Of a DNA stretch of 64,000 nucleotides, positions 46,442 to 55,682 are shown in pieces (the first letter of the stretch is position 1; every line of letters begins with the position of its first letter). This stretch comes from Candidatus Omnitrophota bacterium (GTDB taxonomy: Bacteria > Omnitrophota > Gorgyraeia > JABMRG01 > JAFGKX01), in the NCBI GenBank assembly GCA_043797125.1, contig JAZDPX010000022.1, forward strand, positions 1,065 to 65,064, in the 5' to 3' direction. The notes below the pieces were generated by a model that worked only from the letters and a program-made list of their open reading frames with translations, was not told the origin of the DNA and searched no databases. The position numbers and the translations under genes are program-made.

Positions 46442-48322
46442 ATGCTAAGCGATCAAAAACTAACGAAGAAACAAAAAGAGATATTAGATTATATCCAAAA
46501 TTTCATAGAGGATAACGACTATTCCCCATCATTGCAAGAAATTGCTAATCATTTTAAACGCAAATCTATAGCTACAGTTCATCAGCATATCGCTGCCTTA
46601 AGAGATAAACATTACTTAAACTTTGAGGAAAACCAGCCGCGCTCAATAAGTGTCTATGGTAAAAAAGATTCAAAAGACCAAATAACCCTGCCGCTTTTAG
46701 GCACTATAGCCGCCGGCACGCCTATTGAAGCCGTCGAAGACCTTGAGCCCATAACTGTATCTAAATCTTTGCTTTCAAGGTCCGGCAGGCACTATGTGTT
46801 AAAAGTAAAGGGTAACAGCATGATAAACGAAGGGATATTCAACGGAGACTTTGTAATTATCCGTGAACAACCTACGGCAGAGCAAGGCGATACGGTTGTA
46901 GCAATCATAAATGGCAATGAAGCTACACTTAAAAAATTTTATACAGAAAAAGATTTGTTTGTGCTGAAGTCAGCCAACCCGGACGTTCCCTCGATTGCAA
47001 CTAAGGAATTAGTCGTAAGAGGCAAGGTAATAAGTGTTATTAGAAATTTAAATAACAGCAAAAGCGAAATAGAAAAAATAGCTGACAGTAAAAAAAGGCG
47101 AATCGATTATTCATGGGATTTTAGAGGAGAAAACACCAAACCATATACACACGGTTTTCATAATTATCCTGCAATGTTCATACCGCAACTCGCCAGACGT
47201 CTTATATTAAACTGCAGTCAAAGCGGCGATACAATCTGTGATATTTTTTGTGGCAGTGGCACAGCTTTAGTTGAAAGTAGGTTGTTAGGCAGAAATGCTT
47301 ATGGCATAGAACTAAATCCGCTCGCTAGTTTGATTGCTAAAGTAAAAACAACGCCATTAAACCCAAATACCGTACAAAAAGAATATGTTTCCTTATTAAC
47401 CAATATTAATAAATATAAACCTAAAAAGGCAGAATTGCCTTTATTTTTCAATATAAATTTTTGGTATAAGGAAAATGCAATATACGAATTAACAAAAATA
47501 AAAAAATGTATTGATGACATAAAAAATAAAGACATAAAAAATTTCTTTTTAGTGGCTTTTAGCGAAACAGCCAGATTTACATCGAATATGCGAAATGGCG
47601 AATTTAAACTCTTTAGAATTCCTCAAGAAAGGCTAAAAGACTATAATCCAGATGTTGTATCTATATTCAGAAAACGCGCCGAAAACAACACAGAAAGAAT
47701 GAAAGAATTCTATAATGATGTCGATAATAATACATGGGTTAAAATTATAGAGGGCGACTCCACCAAAAGATATGACATAAAAGATGAATCTATGGACTGC
47801 ATAATTACATCCCCTCCTTATGGAGATAGCAGAACAACTGTTGCATATGGACAGTTCTCGCGCTTATCTTTACAATGGTTAAATATGCTATCTGATGATG
47901 AAATGCAAATTGACAAAAAATTATTGGGTGGGGTATTTAATTCTGATATTCAGAATAATCTAAAATCCAAGTCTTTGGCAAGAGTTCTTAATATAATTGC
48001 AGAATATGATTCAAAAAGAGCTAAAGAAGTATTAGCTTTTTACATAGATTTGAATAAAGCAATGGCTCAAGCTTATAGGATATTAAAACGATATAAGTAT
48101 TTTTGTGTTGTTATTGGCAATAGGACTGTTAAAAAAGTAAATCTGCCGACTGATTTTATTGTATCTGAATTAGGAGATAATTTGAGGCTTCATACAGTAG
48201 ACATTATCGTAAGAAATATACCCAACAAGCGTATGCCATTAAAAAACTCTCCCACTAACGTCCCTGGAGAGCTCGAAAAGACTATGCAAAAAGAAAGCAT
48301 AGTTATTTTGCAAAAATTATAA
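46442..48322 (+). CDS. LexA-like repressor (wHTH + S24 autopeptidase) fused in frame to a D12-class DNA methyltransferase (N4C/N6A type, SPPY motif)
   Basis: Residues 1-205: LexA DNA-binding domain LTKKQKEILDYIQNFIEDNDYSPSLQEIANH, cleavage-site-like AAG, catalytic GNSM...K; residues 225-626: HNYPAMFIPQL, FCGSGT (motif I), GIELNP, and DCIITSPPYGDS (motif IV); no stop or start codon at the junction. Confidence 0.7.
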   Translation: MLSDQKLTKKQKEILDYIQNFIEDNDYSPSLQEIANHFKRKSIATVHQHIAALRDKHYLNFEENQPRSISVYGKKDSKDQITLPLLGTIAAGTPIEAVEDLEPITVSKSLLSRSGRHYVLKVKGNSMINEGIFNGDFVIIREQPTAEQGDTVVAIINGNEATLKKFYTEKDLFVLKSANPDVPSIATKELVVRGKVISVIRNLNNSKSEIEKIADSKKRRIDYSWDFRGENTKPYTHGFHNYPAMFIPQLARRLILNCSQSGDTICDIFCGSGTALVESRLLGRNAYGIELNPLASLIAKVKTTPLNPNTVQKEYVSLLTNINKYKPKKAELPLFFNINFWYKENAIYELTKIKKCIDDIKNKDIKNFFLVAFSETARFTSNMRNGEFKLFRIPQERLKDYNPDVVSIFRKRAENNTERMKEFYNDVDNNTWVKIIEGDSTKRYDIKDESMDCIITSPPYGDSRTTVAYGQFSRLSLQWLNMLSDDEMQIDKKLLGGVFNSDIQNNLKSKSLARVLNIIAEYDSKRAKEVLAFYIDLNKAMAQAYRILKRYKYFCVVIGNRTVKKVNLPTDFIVSELGDNLRLHTVDIIVRNIPNKRMPLKNSPTNVPGELEKTMQKESIVILQKL

Positions 48323-48324
48323 AA

Positions 48325-49035
48325 TTATACCAACCGTCTTAATTCTTGAAAACATTTTTCTAATTTACTTTTTCTCACCCTAAAGGCTGTGCCATGATTC
48401 CTTACGGTTCCGTTTTCTCTTAAATGCATTCTGAAATCTACAGTTATTATATCTTTTGCAATCATGTTCTTAAACGATTCAAAACTAAACCCCTTAAGAA
48501 AATAGGCCTCGTTAAAGCAAAACTCTTCTCGTCCGTTATCTTTCATTCTTGCATCTGCTTTGACTACAATAAGTTTTGGAATTTTTTGCAAAAACCTTTC
48601 TTTGAGTTGCTCTGCCACCCAATATATATCAATATCTTCTTTATCCGAAGTGACTTTTATTCGTCCTTTTTCAACTTCTAATTTCAATGATTGTGGATTA
48701 AAGGTACTACTATTAATTGTACAATATAATTCTTTTTGTCTTAAATTGTCACGTTTTTTATAACCAAACCTTTCTAACAATGACCTATCTCTTTGCCCGC
48801 CTTCTGGCTGCGGCTCGCATGTAAATAGAGTCAATAACGATGGGGAATCTTTTCTGAAAGCTTTTAATTCTACGCCGCCGTCTAAATCCGGCAAGGGAAT
48901 ATTATTTTCCTTAAGACCTAGATAGGTTTCAAGTGTATAGCCAATACCAGTATCGCTGCTTCGAAGGCTCTCTACATATCCTTTATCCGCTATCTTTTTT
49001 AATTCTTGTTTAAATTCCGCAATAGTTTTATACAT
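48325..49035 (-). CDS. Type II restriction endonuclease candidate, MvaI/BcnI-like
   Basis: 236 aa, convergent and 2 bp from the MTase stop; KGY...NNIPLPDLDGGVELKAF...LLTLF...ERFGYKK...HGTAFRV pattern recalled as MvaI/BcnI family (from memory, not searched). Confidence 0.45.
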   Translation of the reverse strand: MYKTIAEFKQELKKIADKGYVESLRSSDTGIGYTLETYLGLKENNIPLPDLDGGVELKAFRKDSPSLLTLFTCEPQPEGGQRDRSLLERFGYKKRDNLRQKELYCTINSSTFNPQSLKLEVEKGRIKVTSDKEDIDIYWVAEQLKERFLQKIPKLIVVKADARMKDNGREEFCFNEAYFLKGFSFESFKNMIAKDIITVDFRMHLRENGTVRNHGTAFRVRKSKLEKCFQELRRLV

Positions 49036-49075
49036 CTAAGATTTTACATACCTTACCGAAGCGCTACACACAAGT

Positions 49076-49236
49076 GAGGTTTTTGCAATGCGAGGTGCAT
49101 TAGAAAATTTTTGCCAAATGTACTTTTAGGACTTATGGCGAGGAGCGGCTAAATTTAGATATTTGGGAAAGCGAGCGAGCCATAAGTCCAAAAGTACGGC
49201 AAAAATTTTCAGCACCGAGCATTGCAAAAACCGAAC
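49076..49236. mobile_element. MITE-family-A copy (TIRs ~TTTGCAATGCGAGGTGC / GCACCGAGCATTGCAAA) between the REase and lipB, overlapping the lipB 3' end
   Basis: Shares both termini with 6049-6210; the third copy (50110-50326) has a degenerate left end (gcaaaatgacc); interior is a palindrome acttatggcg...gccataagt. Confidence 0.65.
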
Positions 49237-49829
49237 TTGCTAATGAGTTGCTGTTTTAGCTGTTCCTTATCAACAGCGAGTGCCTGCATTGAAGTAACTT
49301 TTATATCTTTAAAACCGCATGGATTTATCCAGCCAAACGGAGTTAAATCGCAGTTGATATTAATAGCAACGCCGTGAAAGGTGACCCAACCGGAAACCCC
49401 GATACCGATTGACGCGATCTTTCCTTGCTCGGTCCAAACTCCGGTTTTGCCTTCAATCTTAAAACCTTCTATGCCATATTCTTTTAAAAGACCTATTACC
49501 ATATCTTCAAGCCGATGCAAATGCTTATGCACGTCTTTGTCGCGCTTTTTAAGGTCGAGTATCGGATAAATTACAATCTGTCCGGGGCCATGATATGTAA
49601 TATCCCCGCCCCTGTCTGTTTCAACAAGCTGCACGCTTTTACTTTTGAGGAACTCTTCGGAGACAAGAAGATTTTTCTTTGTGCCGGAACGGCCGATAGT
49701 TATAACGGGCTTATGCTCTGTGATAAGAATATGCTCACAAGCTTCGCCTTTTTTGACCTTAGCAACAATATCCTTCTGCAGCTTTAAGCATTCTTTATAA
49801 TCGGTTATTCCTAATTCTAGCACTTTCAT
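49209..49829 (-). CDS. lipB: octanoyltransferase LipB
   Basis: RGGDITYHGPGQ motif; 206 aa. Confidence 0.88.
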   Translation of the reverse strand: MKVLELGITDYKECLKLQKDIVAKVKKGEACEHILITEHKPVITIGRSGTKKNLLVSEEFLKSKSVQLVETDRGGDITYHGPGQIVIYPILDLKKRDKDVHKHLHRLEDMVIGLLKEYGIEGFKIEGKTGVWTEQGKIASIGIGVSGWVTFHGVAININCDLTPFGWINPCGFKDIKVTSMQALAVDKEQLKQQLISKFGFCNARC

Positions 49830-49849
49830 CTTTATTTTAATGTCTGGTT

Positions 49850-49897
49850 GCAGGCTTAAGGCCTTGCCTCAAAAACACGCTTCAGATTTGGGCAAGT
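49850..49897. repeat. second MITE-family-B terminal hairpin (gcaggcttaaggccttgcctcaaaaacacgcttcagatttgggcaag)
   Basis: Near-identical to 45820-45877. Confidence 0.7.
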
Positions 49898-49929
49898 AGG
49901 CTCATCCTGCATAATAATTATAGAAGGTT

Positions 49930-50036
49930 ACTCTGTTAAGGCCTCGGGGTCCTGTCCGTCGTTTTGTGTCCCGCCGTCCTCACTATCGTTGCGGGCGGCG
50001 GGAGCCCTCAAAACGACGGGCCACCCCTCGGCCTGA
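49930..50036. other. GC-rich structured element (nested imperfect inverted repeats); unassigned ncRNA or repeat candidate
   Basis: ggcctcggggtcctgtccgtcgttttg...tcccgccg...cggcggga...caaaacgacgggccacccctcggcc; visibly much more GC-rich than its surroundings (not computed). Confidence 0.3.
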
Positions 50037-50109
50037 AATATTAATAAACTTTTATCATTATTATGCCGTTCTCGCTTAAAGTGTAACGGTATCGTAGCAA
50101 TTCGCTAAG

Positions 50110-50326
50110 GTGAGGTTTTTGCAAAATGACCTTAAGAAGCAAAGGTCTGTGGCAAGCCGAGCAGGGCTTGCGAGGCCGAAGCGGGCATGGTTCGCCCTTG
50201 TTTCCATACAGGCGAGAGCGAAGGCCGAGGTCAGAGCACAAAAATCCACGCTGGGGATTTTTGTGCGTCCCTGCGAGGATTGCCACAGGCCTTTGCTAAG
50301 CTATGCCGAACATTGTCAAAAACCGA
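50110..50326. mobile_element. MITE-family-A copy with GC-rich palindromic interior
   Basis: Shares the family-A right end ...gccgaacattgtcaaaaaccgaac with 6049-6210; its left end (gtgaggtttttgcaaaatgacc) is degenerate. Confidence 0.55.
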
Positions 50327-50365
50327 ACTCTTCGACAGACAGGACCCCGCGGCCCTCACAATTTG

Positions 50366-51706
50366 CTACTTCACCCTTCTCGCCGCATCTCTTACCGCCT
50401 CAGATAAAGTAGGATGCGCGTGCAATACGCCGGACAGCTCTTTTATCGTCATGCCTTTTGTCATAGCTACCACAACTTCTGCCAAAAGCTCCGTAACATA
50501 AGGGCCTAACATCTGCACGCCGAGGATTCTGCCGCTTTTATTATCGCACACCAGCTTTATCATACCTTCTGCTTCGTCTATTATCTTGGCTTTGCTTGAA
50601 GCCATAAACGGATAATTGCCGATAGCAACATCAAAACCTTTTTCTTTTGCTTCGTTTTCACTAAGGCCCGCTATAGCCACTTCGGGCGTGGTAAATATGC
50701 AATAAGGCACAATGCCGTAATCTATTGGATTTGCTTTGCCGAATATATTCTCTGCTGCTGTAAAACCTTCGTGCGAAGCTGTATATTCAAGACAATAACC
50801 GCCTATTGCGTCTCCAACCGCGTATATATTATCAACGCTTGTCTTTAGCTTGTCGTCTACAATAATCGCGCCTTTGTTTAATTTAACGCCGCAAGACTCC
50901 AGGCCCAAACCGTCTGTATTTGGTTTTCTTCCTATGGTCAAAAGCAATATTTGTGACTCTATCGTCTCGCCATTTTCTAAAGATGCCGTTACCTTATCTT
51001 TTCCTGCTTCAAGATTTTTTATTGCGGTGTTAACGAGAATTTTTATTCCTCTTTTTTTAAAAAGCTGCGTGAGCCTTCTCGCAATCTCCGTATCCTGGCC
51101 TGGTAAAATCTGCGGCTCTATATCTATTAACGTGACATCGCATCCAAGCTGGCTGTAAATACACGCAAATTCGCAGCCGATATAACCGGCACCCACTATA
51201 GTTATAGAGGAAGGGGTTTTTTTAAAGTTTAACGCGTCAGTGCTTGAAATTACGTTTACATGATTAAATTTTAATTGTTGTGTCTGGCGGCTGGATGAGC
51301 CTGTGGCAATAATGATATATTTGGCCTTTATCTTTTGCCCGCGCACGTCTATGGTGTTTGGATCGTCTATTTTCGCCTCGCCATTCACAATCTCGACTTT
51401 CAGGTTTTTTAAAGCGCTTTCCATTTCATGGCGCAGCTTTTCAATAATGGCGTCCTTAGACTCAAGCATCTTTGCGGAATTCATGCTGCATGATGACGCA
51501 TTGATGCCGAACTGCGCGCTTCTGGAAATACTAGAAAAAAACCTCGCCGCGGTTATTACAAACTTGGTTGGTATGCAACCCTCGTTTACGCAAACTCCGC
51601 CCAGCCTGTCCTTATGTATAAGGCATACCTTTGCGCCAAGCTTTGCAGCGTGTTTTGCCGCCGCATAACCGCCGGGCCCTGCTCCTATGATTGCGAGGTC
51701 GAACAT
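50366..51706 (-). CDS. lpdA: dihydrolipoyl dehydrogenase
   Basis: FAD-binding GAGPGGY; redox disulfide GGVCVNEGCIPTK; 446 aa. Confidence 0.9.
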   Translation of the reverse strand: MFDLAIIGAGPGGYAAAKHAAKLGAKVCLIHKDRLGGVCVNEGCIPTKFVITAARFFSSISRSAQFGINASSCSMNSAKMLESKDAIIEKLRHEMESALKNLKVEIVNGEAKIDDPNTIDVRGQKIKAKYIIIATGSSSRQTQQLKFNHVNVISSTDALNFKKTPSSITIVGAGYIGCEFACIYSQLGCDVTLIDIEPQILPGQDTEIARRLTQLFKKRGIKILVNTAIKNLEAGKDKVTASLENGETIESQILLLTIGRKPNTDGLGLESCGVKLNKGAIIVDDKLKTSVDNIYAVGDAIGGYCLEYTASHEGFTAAENIFGKANPIDYGIVPYCIFTTPEVAIAGLSENEAKEKGFDVAIGNYPFMASSKAKIIDEAEGMIKLVCDNKSGRILGVQMLGPYVTELLAEVVVAMTKGMTIKELSGVLHAHPTLSEAVRDAARRVK

Positions 51707-51708
51707 AT

Positions 51709-51752
51709 TGGTCTATAGTCTATGGTCAATGGTCTATGGTCTATGGTCTATT
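51709..51752. repeat. heptamer tandem array (GGTCTAT AGTCTAT GGTCAAT GGTCTAT x3) between lpdA and mdh
   Basis: Six RGTCNAT units. Confidence 0.7.
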
Positions 51753-52674
51753 GTAACTGCTCTATTGAGATTTTGACAGATTCTGCGGCTTTGCGCAAAT
51801 CAGATAACTCTTCCCTGGTAAGTTCTAATTCAACAATCTTCTCAATGCCGTTTTTGCCGATAACTGCAGGCACTCCGAGATAGACATTGCTTATTCCATA
51901 TTCACCCTGCAGAAGGCATGAGGCGCAGATAATCTCTTTTTTATCCTTCAACACAGCGTTAACCATTTCTGCCGCGCAGGCTGAAGGACCGTAAAAAGCG
52001 CTGCCTGTCTTTAGATATGAAACAATTTCAGCTCCGCGAGCCTTTGTCTTTTCAACAACTTGCTTTTGCTGTTCTGCAGATAGAACTTGCGTTAATGGCT
52101 TACCTGAAACCTTGCTTTGGCTTAATGCGCAAACCATGGTCTCGCCGTGAGTGCCCAACACCATAGAATCTATTTCTTTGAGGGGTTTTTTAATGTGGCG
52201 GGAAATTATCAGGTTCATTCTTGATGAATCAAGCAAACCTGCCATGCCAAACACATTTTGCGCCTTAAATTTGCTTACGTTATAAGCGGTAAATGTCATG
52301 GCGTCAAGCGGGTTTGTCACGTTTATGATAACGGATTTTGGAGAATATTTTGCAATTTTTTCCGTAACATCGCTGACAATCGATGCATTTTTAGAAAGCA
52401 GCTCTTCTCTTGTCATCCCTGGCTTTCTGGGGAATCCTGCGGTAATAACAACAATAGATGCACCTTCCATTAACTCAAAATCAGTGCTTCCGATAATTTC
52501 ACCGCTGTGGCTGATTACAGAAGCTGCGTCCATCAAATCCTCAGCCTTGCCCTTTGCAATACCATCTATGACATCTATCAACGCCACATCGCAGGAGCCT
52601 GCCTCAAGCAGCCTCATCGCGACTGACGCGCCGACATTTCCCGCTCCTATTACTGCAACTTTTGAATTTTTCAT
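51748..52674 (-). CDS. mdh: malate dehydrogenase (LDH-like MDH family)
   Basis: MKNSKVAVIGAGNVGASVA; substrate-specificity region ITAGFPRKPGMTR (Arg, as in MDH). Confidence 0.85.
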   Translation of the reverse strand: MKNSKVAVIGAGNVGASVAMRLLEAGSCDVALIDVIDGIAKGKAEDLMDAASVISHSGEIIGSTDFELMEGASIVVITAGFPRKPGMTREELLSKNASIVSDVTEKIAKYSPKSVIINVTNPLDAMTFTAYNVSKFKAQNVFGMAGLLDSSRMNLIISRHIKKPLKEIDSMVLGTHGETMVCALSQSKVSGKPLTQVLSAEQQKQVVEKTKARGAEIVSYLKTGSAFYGPSACAAEMVNAVLKDKKEIICASCLLQGEYGISNVYLGVPAVIGKNGIEKIVELELTREELSDLRKAAESVKISIEQLQ

Positions 52675-52676
52675 TT

Positions 52677-53762
52677 TTAATTTTTAATTTCTTTTACAAT
52701 CGCTTCCGCCATCTCCCTGGTCCCTACAGCGCCCTTATCAGACCTGTCAGGGGTAAGGTCGTAAGTTACATATTTTCCTTTCATAATCACAGAAGCTACC
52801 GCGTTTTCAAGTCTATCAGCTCCCCTTTTCTCGCCTAAATACCTCAACATAAGCGCGCCGGAAAGTATCATGGCTGTCGGATTCACTTTATTCATGCCTT
52901 TATATTTCGGGGCGCTGCCGTGTGTTGCCTCAAAAACTGCTTCATTGTCGCCGATATTCGCACCGGGAGCCACGCCTAAGCCGCCGACTAAACCTGCGCA
53001 TAAATCAGATATGATATCACCGTAAAGGTTCGGCAGCACAAGCACATCGTATTTTTCCGGCACCTGCACAAGCTGCATGCACATATTATCGACAATCCTA
53101 TCCTCAAATTCTATGCCGCTATCCTTAAACTCAAGCGCTGTTTTTCTTGCCGTTTCCAGAAAAAGGCCGTCTGTAAATTTCATAATATTAGCCTTATGCA
53201 CAGCTGTTACTTTTTTGCGTTTATTTTTAATAGCGTAATTAAACGCGAATCTCACTATTCTTTGCGTAGCGCTGATAGAAATAGGTTTTATGCTAAGACC
53301 GGAATCGTCCTTTATCTTTGCGCCGGATGACTCGCCTATCGCGTTAATCATCTCTTTTGTCTTTTGCTTGCCTTGCTCAAATTCTATTCCCGCATACAGG
53401 TCTTCGGTATTTTCTCTTACGACCACCAGATCTATATCTTCGTATCTAGATCTTACGCCTTTATAGGTTTTGCACGGCCTAAGGCACGCGTACAGGTCTA
53501 ATTTTTTTCTTAACGCTACATTTACGCTTCTAAAACCGCCGCCCACAGGTGTGGTGATGGGGCCCTTAAGCGCGACCTTCGCTCTTTTAATGGCCTCGAT
53601 TGTTTTATCGGGCAATGGCGTGCCATATTTATCCATAACATCCGCGCCTGCCTCCTGGTATACCCAGTCTATTTTTACCCCTGTTGCGTCTATGCACCTT
53701 TTGGCTGCTTCTGATATCTCCGGGCCTACGCCGTCTCCCGGTATAAAGACTACTTTATGCAT
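52677..53762 (-). CDS. icd: isocitrate dehydrogenase (short form, beta-decarboxylating dehydrogenase family)
   Basis: [31 protein letters not shown] closely resembles the IDH substrate-binding signature rather than LeuB. Confidence 0.65.
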   Translation of the reverse strand: MHKVVFIPGDGVGPEISEAAKRCIDATGVKIDWVYQEAGADVMDKYGTPLPDKTIEAIKRAKVALKGPITTPVGGGFRSVNVALRKKLDLYACLRPCKTYKGVRSRYEDIDLVVVRENTEDLYAGIEFEQGKQKTKEMINAIGESSGAKIKDDSGLSIKPISISATQRIVRFAFNYAIKNKRKKVTAVHKANIMKFTDGLFLETARKTALEFKDSGIEFEDRIVDNMCMQLVQVPEKYDVLVLPNLYGDIISDLCAGLVGGLGVAPGANIGDNEAVFEATHGSAPKYKGMNKVNPTAMILSGALMLRYLGEKRGADRLENAVASVIMKGKYVTYDLTPDRSDKGAVGTREMAEAIVKEIKN

Positions 53763-54258
53763 TTATCTTAAATCCTCCGTGTTTTTTAAAATGCTCTATT
53801 AAGCCGCCGTCGTTTAATATCCTTAGCATAAAATCAGGCAAAGGCTTGATAGAAATTGCGGCGCCTTTTGTCTTATTATGCATAAGCATTTTCTCAAGGT
53901 CTACAACTATCGAATCGCCTTCGTTAATTTTATCTGTATCGCATTCAAGAAGCATCAATCCTACATTGATGCCGTTTCTGAAGAAAATCCTGGCAAAAGA
54001 CTTTGCTAAAACAGCGCTTATGCCGGCATATTTAATTGCCAGCGGCGCCTGCTCACGAGACGAACCGCATCCGAAATTACTTCCTGCTACGATAAAATCC
54101 CCGTTATTAATCTGCTTATAAAAATCAGGGCGCAGGTCTTCCATCAAATGCTTTGCAAGCTCTCTTGGGTCCTGTATCTTAAACTTGTATCTTCCGGAAA
54201 TAATATAATCTGTATTTATATCATCACCGAATCTGTGCGCTTTCCCGTTTAGTTTCAT
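53755..54258 (-). CDS. 3-isopropylmalate/homoaconitate dehydratase small subunit (LeuD-like)
   Basis: 167 aa swivel-domain protein; 8-nt overlap with the upstream icd. Confidence 0.75.
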   Translation of the reverse strand: MKLNGKAHRFGDDINTDYIISGRYKFKIQDPRELAKHLMEDLRPDFYKQINNGDFIVAGSNFGCGSSREQAPLAIKYAGISAVLAKSFARIFFRNGINVGLMLLECDTDKINEGDSIVVDLEKMLMHNKTKGAAISIKPLPDFMLRILNDGGLIEHFKKHGGFKINA

Positions 54259-54310
54259 TTTGTTAGGCTTTACACTTTACGTTTTAGACTTTACACTTAA
54301 CACTTTACAC

Positions 54311-55564
54311 TTAACACTGCCTCGGGTCCGTTATCTTTCCTTCTAACGCCGACGCCGCTACCGTCGCAGGCGACGCCAGATAAATAAACGCGTCTGGGTT
54401 GCCCATCCTGCCCTTAAAATTCCTGTTAGCGGTTGAGATTACGTTTTCACCGTCTGCAGGAACGCCATGATGCGTGCCGACGCACGGCCCGCAGCCCGGA
54501 GTGACTACGTTTGCGCCTGCTTTAATAAATATTTCTATGAGGCCTTTTTTTATAGCGTCAAGATATATGCTTTTCGAAGCTGGCGCCACTATCATCCTTA
54601 CGCTCTTTGCTATTTTTCTGCCCTTAAGAATATTAGCGGCAATTACAAGATCCTCCAGCCTTCCGTTTGTGCATGTTCCTAGCACAGCTTCGTCTATGCG
54701 CTTGCCTAATAATTCTGATATATCGGATACATTATCAACGGTATGCGGCTTTGCTATCTGCGGCTTTAATTTACTTACATCATATCTTTTTACTGCTGCG
54801 TACTGTGCGCCTTTATCCGGATACACTCCATTTGCCTTGGCCTTTTTGTCAATCATCTTAAGCCAGTCAAATACCTTTTTATCCGCGTACATAATGCCGA
54901 ATTTAGCGCCCATCTCTACCGCCATATTAGAGATGGTAAAACGCGCATCAACACTTAAAGAATCTATTGCGCTGCCGGTAAATTCTACCGCATTATAAGT
55001 GCAGCCGTCTGCGCCTAAATCGCCGATTATGTGCAGTATTATATCCTTTGAATAGACGCCCTTTGGGGGCTTACCGTCAACTATTATTTTTACTGTCTCG
55101 GGAACTTTAAACCAATTTTTTCCACTGGCCAGCGTTATCGCCAAATCCGTAGAACCAAAACCTGTGGATAAAAGGCCCAATGCGCCGTATGTGCAGGTAT
55201 GCGAATCTGCCCCGACAACCAAATCTCCCGGGCGAATATTCCCAGATTCTAAAACTACCTGGTGACAAACGCCGCACCCTATATCATATAAGCACAGCTT
55301 ATTTTTATCTGCAAACTGCCTCATCTTTTTGTGAATCGCTGAAACGCCTATGTTCGGAGACGGAGCGCTGTGGTCAATAACCATGCAGAATTTATTTTTC
55401 CCAGAAAGTTTTTTAATCCCAAGCCTGTTTAACGCGTCTATAATCAGGCCGCTTGTTCCGTCCTGGCCCATGCAGAAATCAACATTGCAAAGCGCGTAAT
55501 CTCCCGCTTTAAGGTCTTTGCCGGAGTGTGTACTCAATATTTTTTCAGCTACTGTTTTTTTCAT
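54311..55564 (-). CDS. 3-isopropylmalate/homoaconitate dehydratase large subunit (LeuC-like)
   Basis: MKKTVAEKILSTHSG...; aconitase-family Fe-S cysteines (CGPC); 417 aa. Confidence 0.8.
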   Translation of the reverse strand: MKKTVAEKILSTHSGKDLKAGDYALCNVDFCMGQDGTSGLIIDALNRLGIKKLSGKNKFCMVIDHSAPSPNIGVSAIHKKMRQFADKNKLCLYDIGCGVCHQVVLESGNIRPGDLVVGADSHTCTYGALGLLSTGFGSTDLAITLASGKNWFKVPETVKIIVDGKPPKGVYSKDIILHIIGDLGADGCTYNAVEFTGSAIDSLSVDARFTISNMAVEMGAKFGIMYADKKVFDWLKMIDKKAKANGVYPDKGAQYAAVKRYDVSKLKPQIAKPHTVDNVSDISELLGKRIDEAVLGTCTNGRLEDLVIAANILKGRKIAKSVRMIVAPASKSIYLDAIKKGLIEIFIKAGANVVTPGCGPCVGTHHGVPADGENVISTANRNFKGRMGNPDAFIYLASPATVAASALEGKITDPRQC

Positions 55565-55565
55565 T

Positions 55566-55682
55566 TTATTAATTCAAAATTCAAAATGTAAAATTCGAAA
55601 TTGCAATTAAAAATTCAAAATTATAAAACATTTTTAATTTTACATTGCAATTTTACATTTTTAATTTTTAATTTTTAATTTA
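55566..55682. repeat. AT-rich inverted-repeat element between leuC-like and aspC
   Basis: aaaatgtaaaattcgaaattgcaatt ... aattttacattgcaattttacatttt. Confidence 0.6.

Noticed and set aside
49930-50036. SRP (4.5S) RNA assignment for the GC-rich hairpin element
   Set aside because: The conserved domain IV motif (AGGUCCGGAAGGAAGCAGCC-like, GNRA loop) is absent on either strand.
50041-50286. 81-aa minus-strand ORF (and 100-104-aa plus-strand ORFs) in the lipB-lpdA spacer
   Set aside because: It lies entirely inside the family-A MITE copy, a GC-rich palindrome, and its Arg/Pro/Cys-rich translation is typical of repeat read-through.
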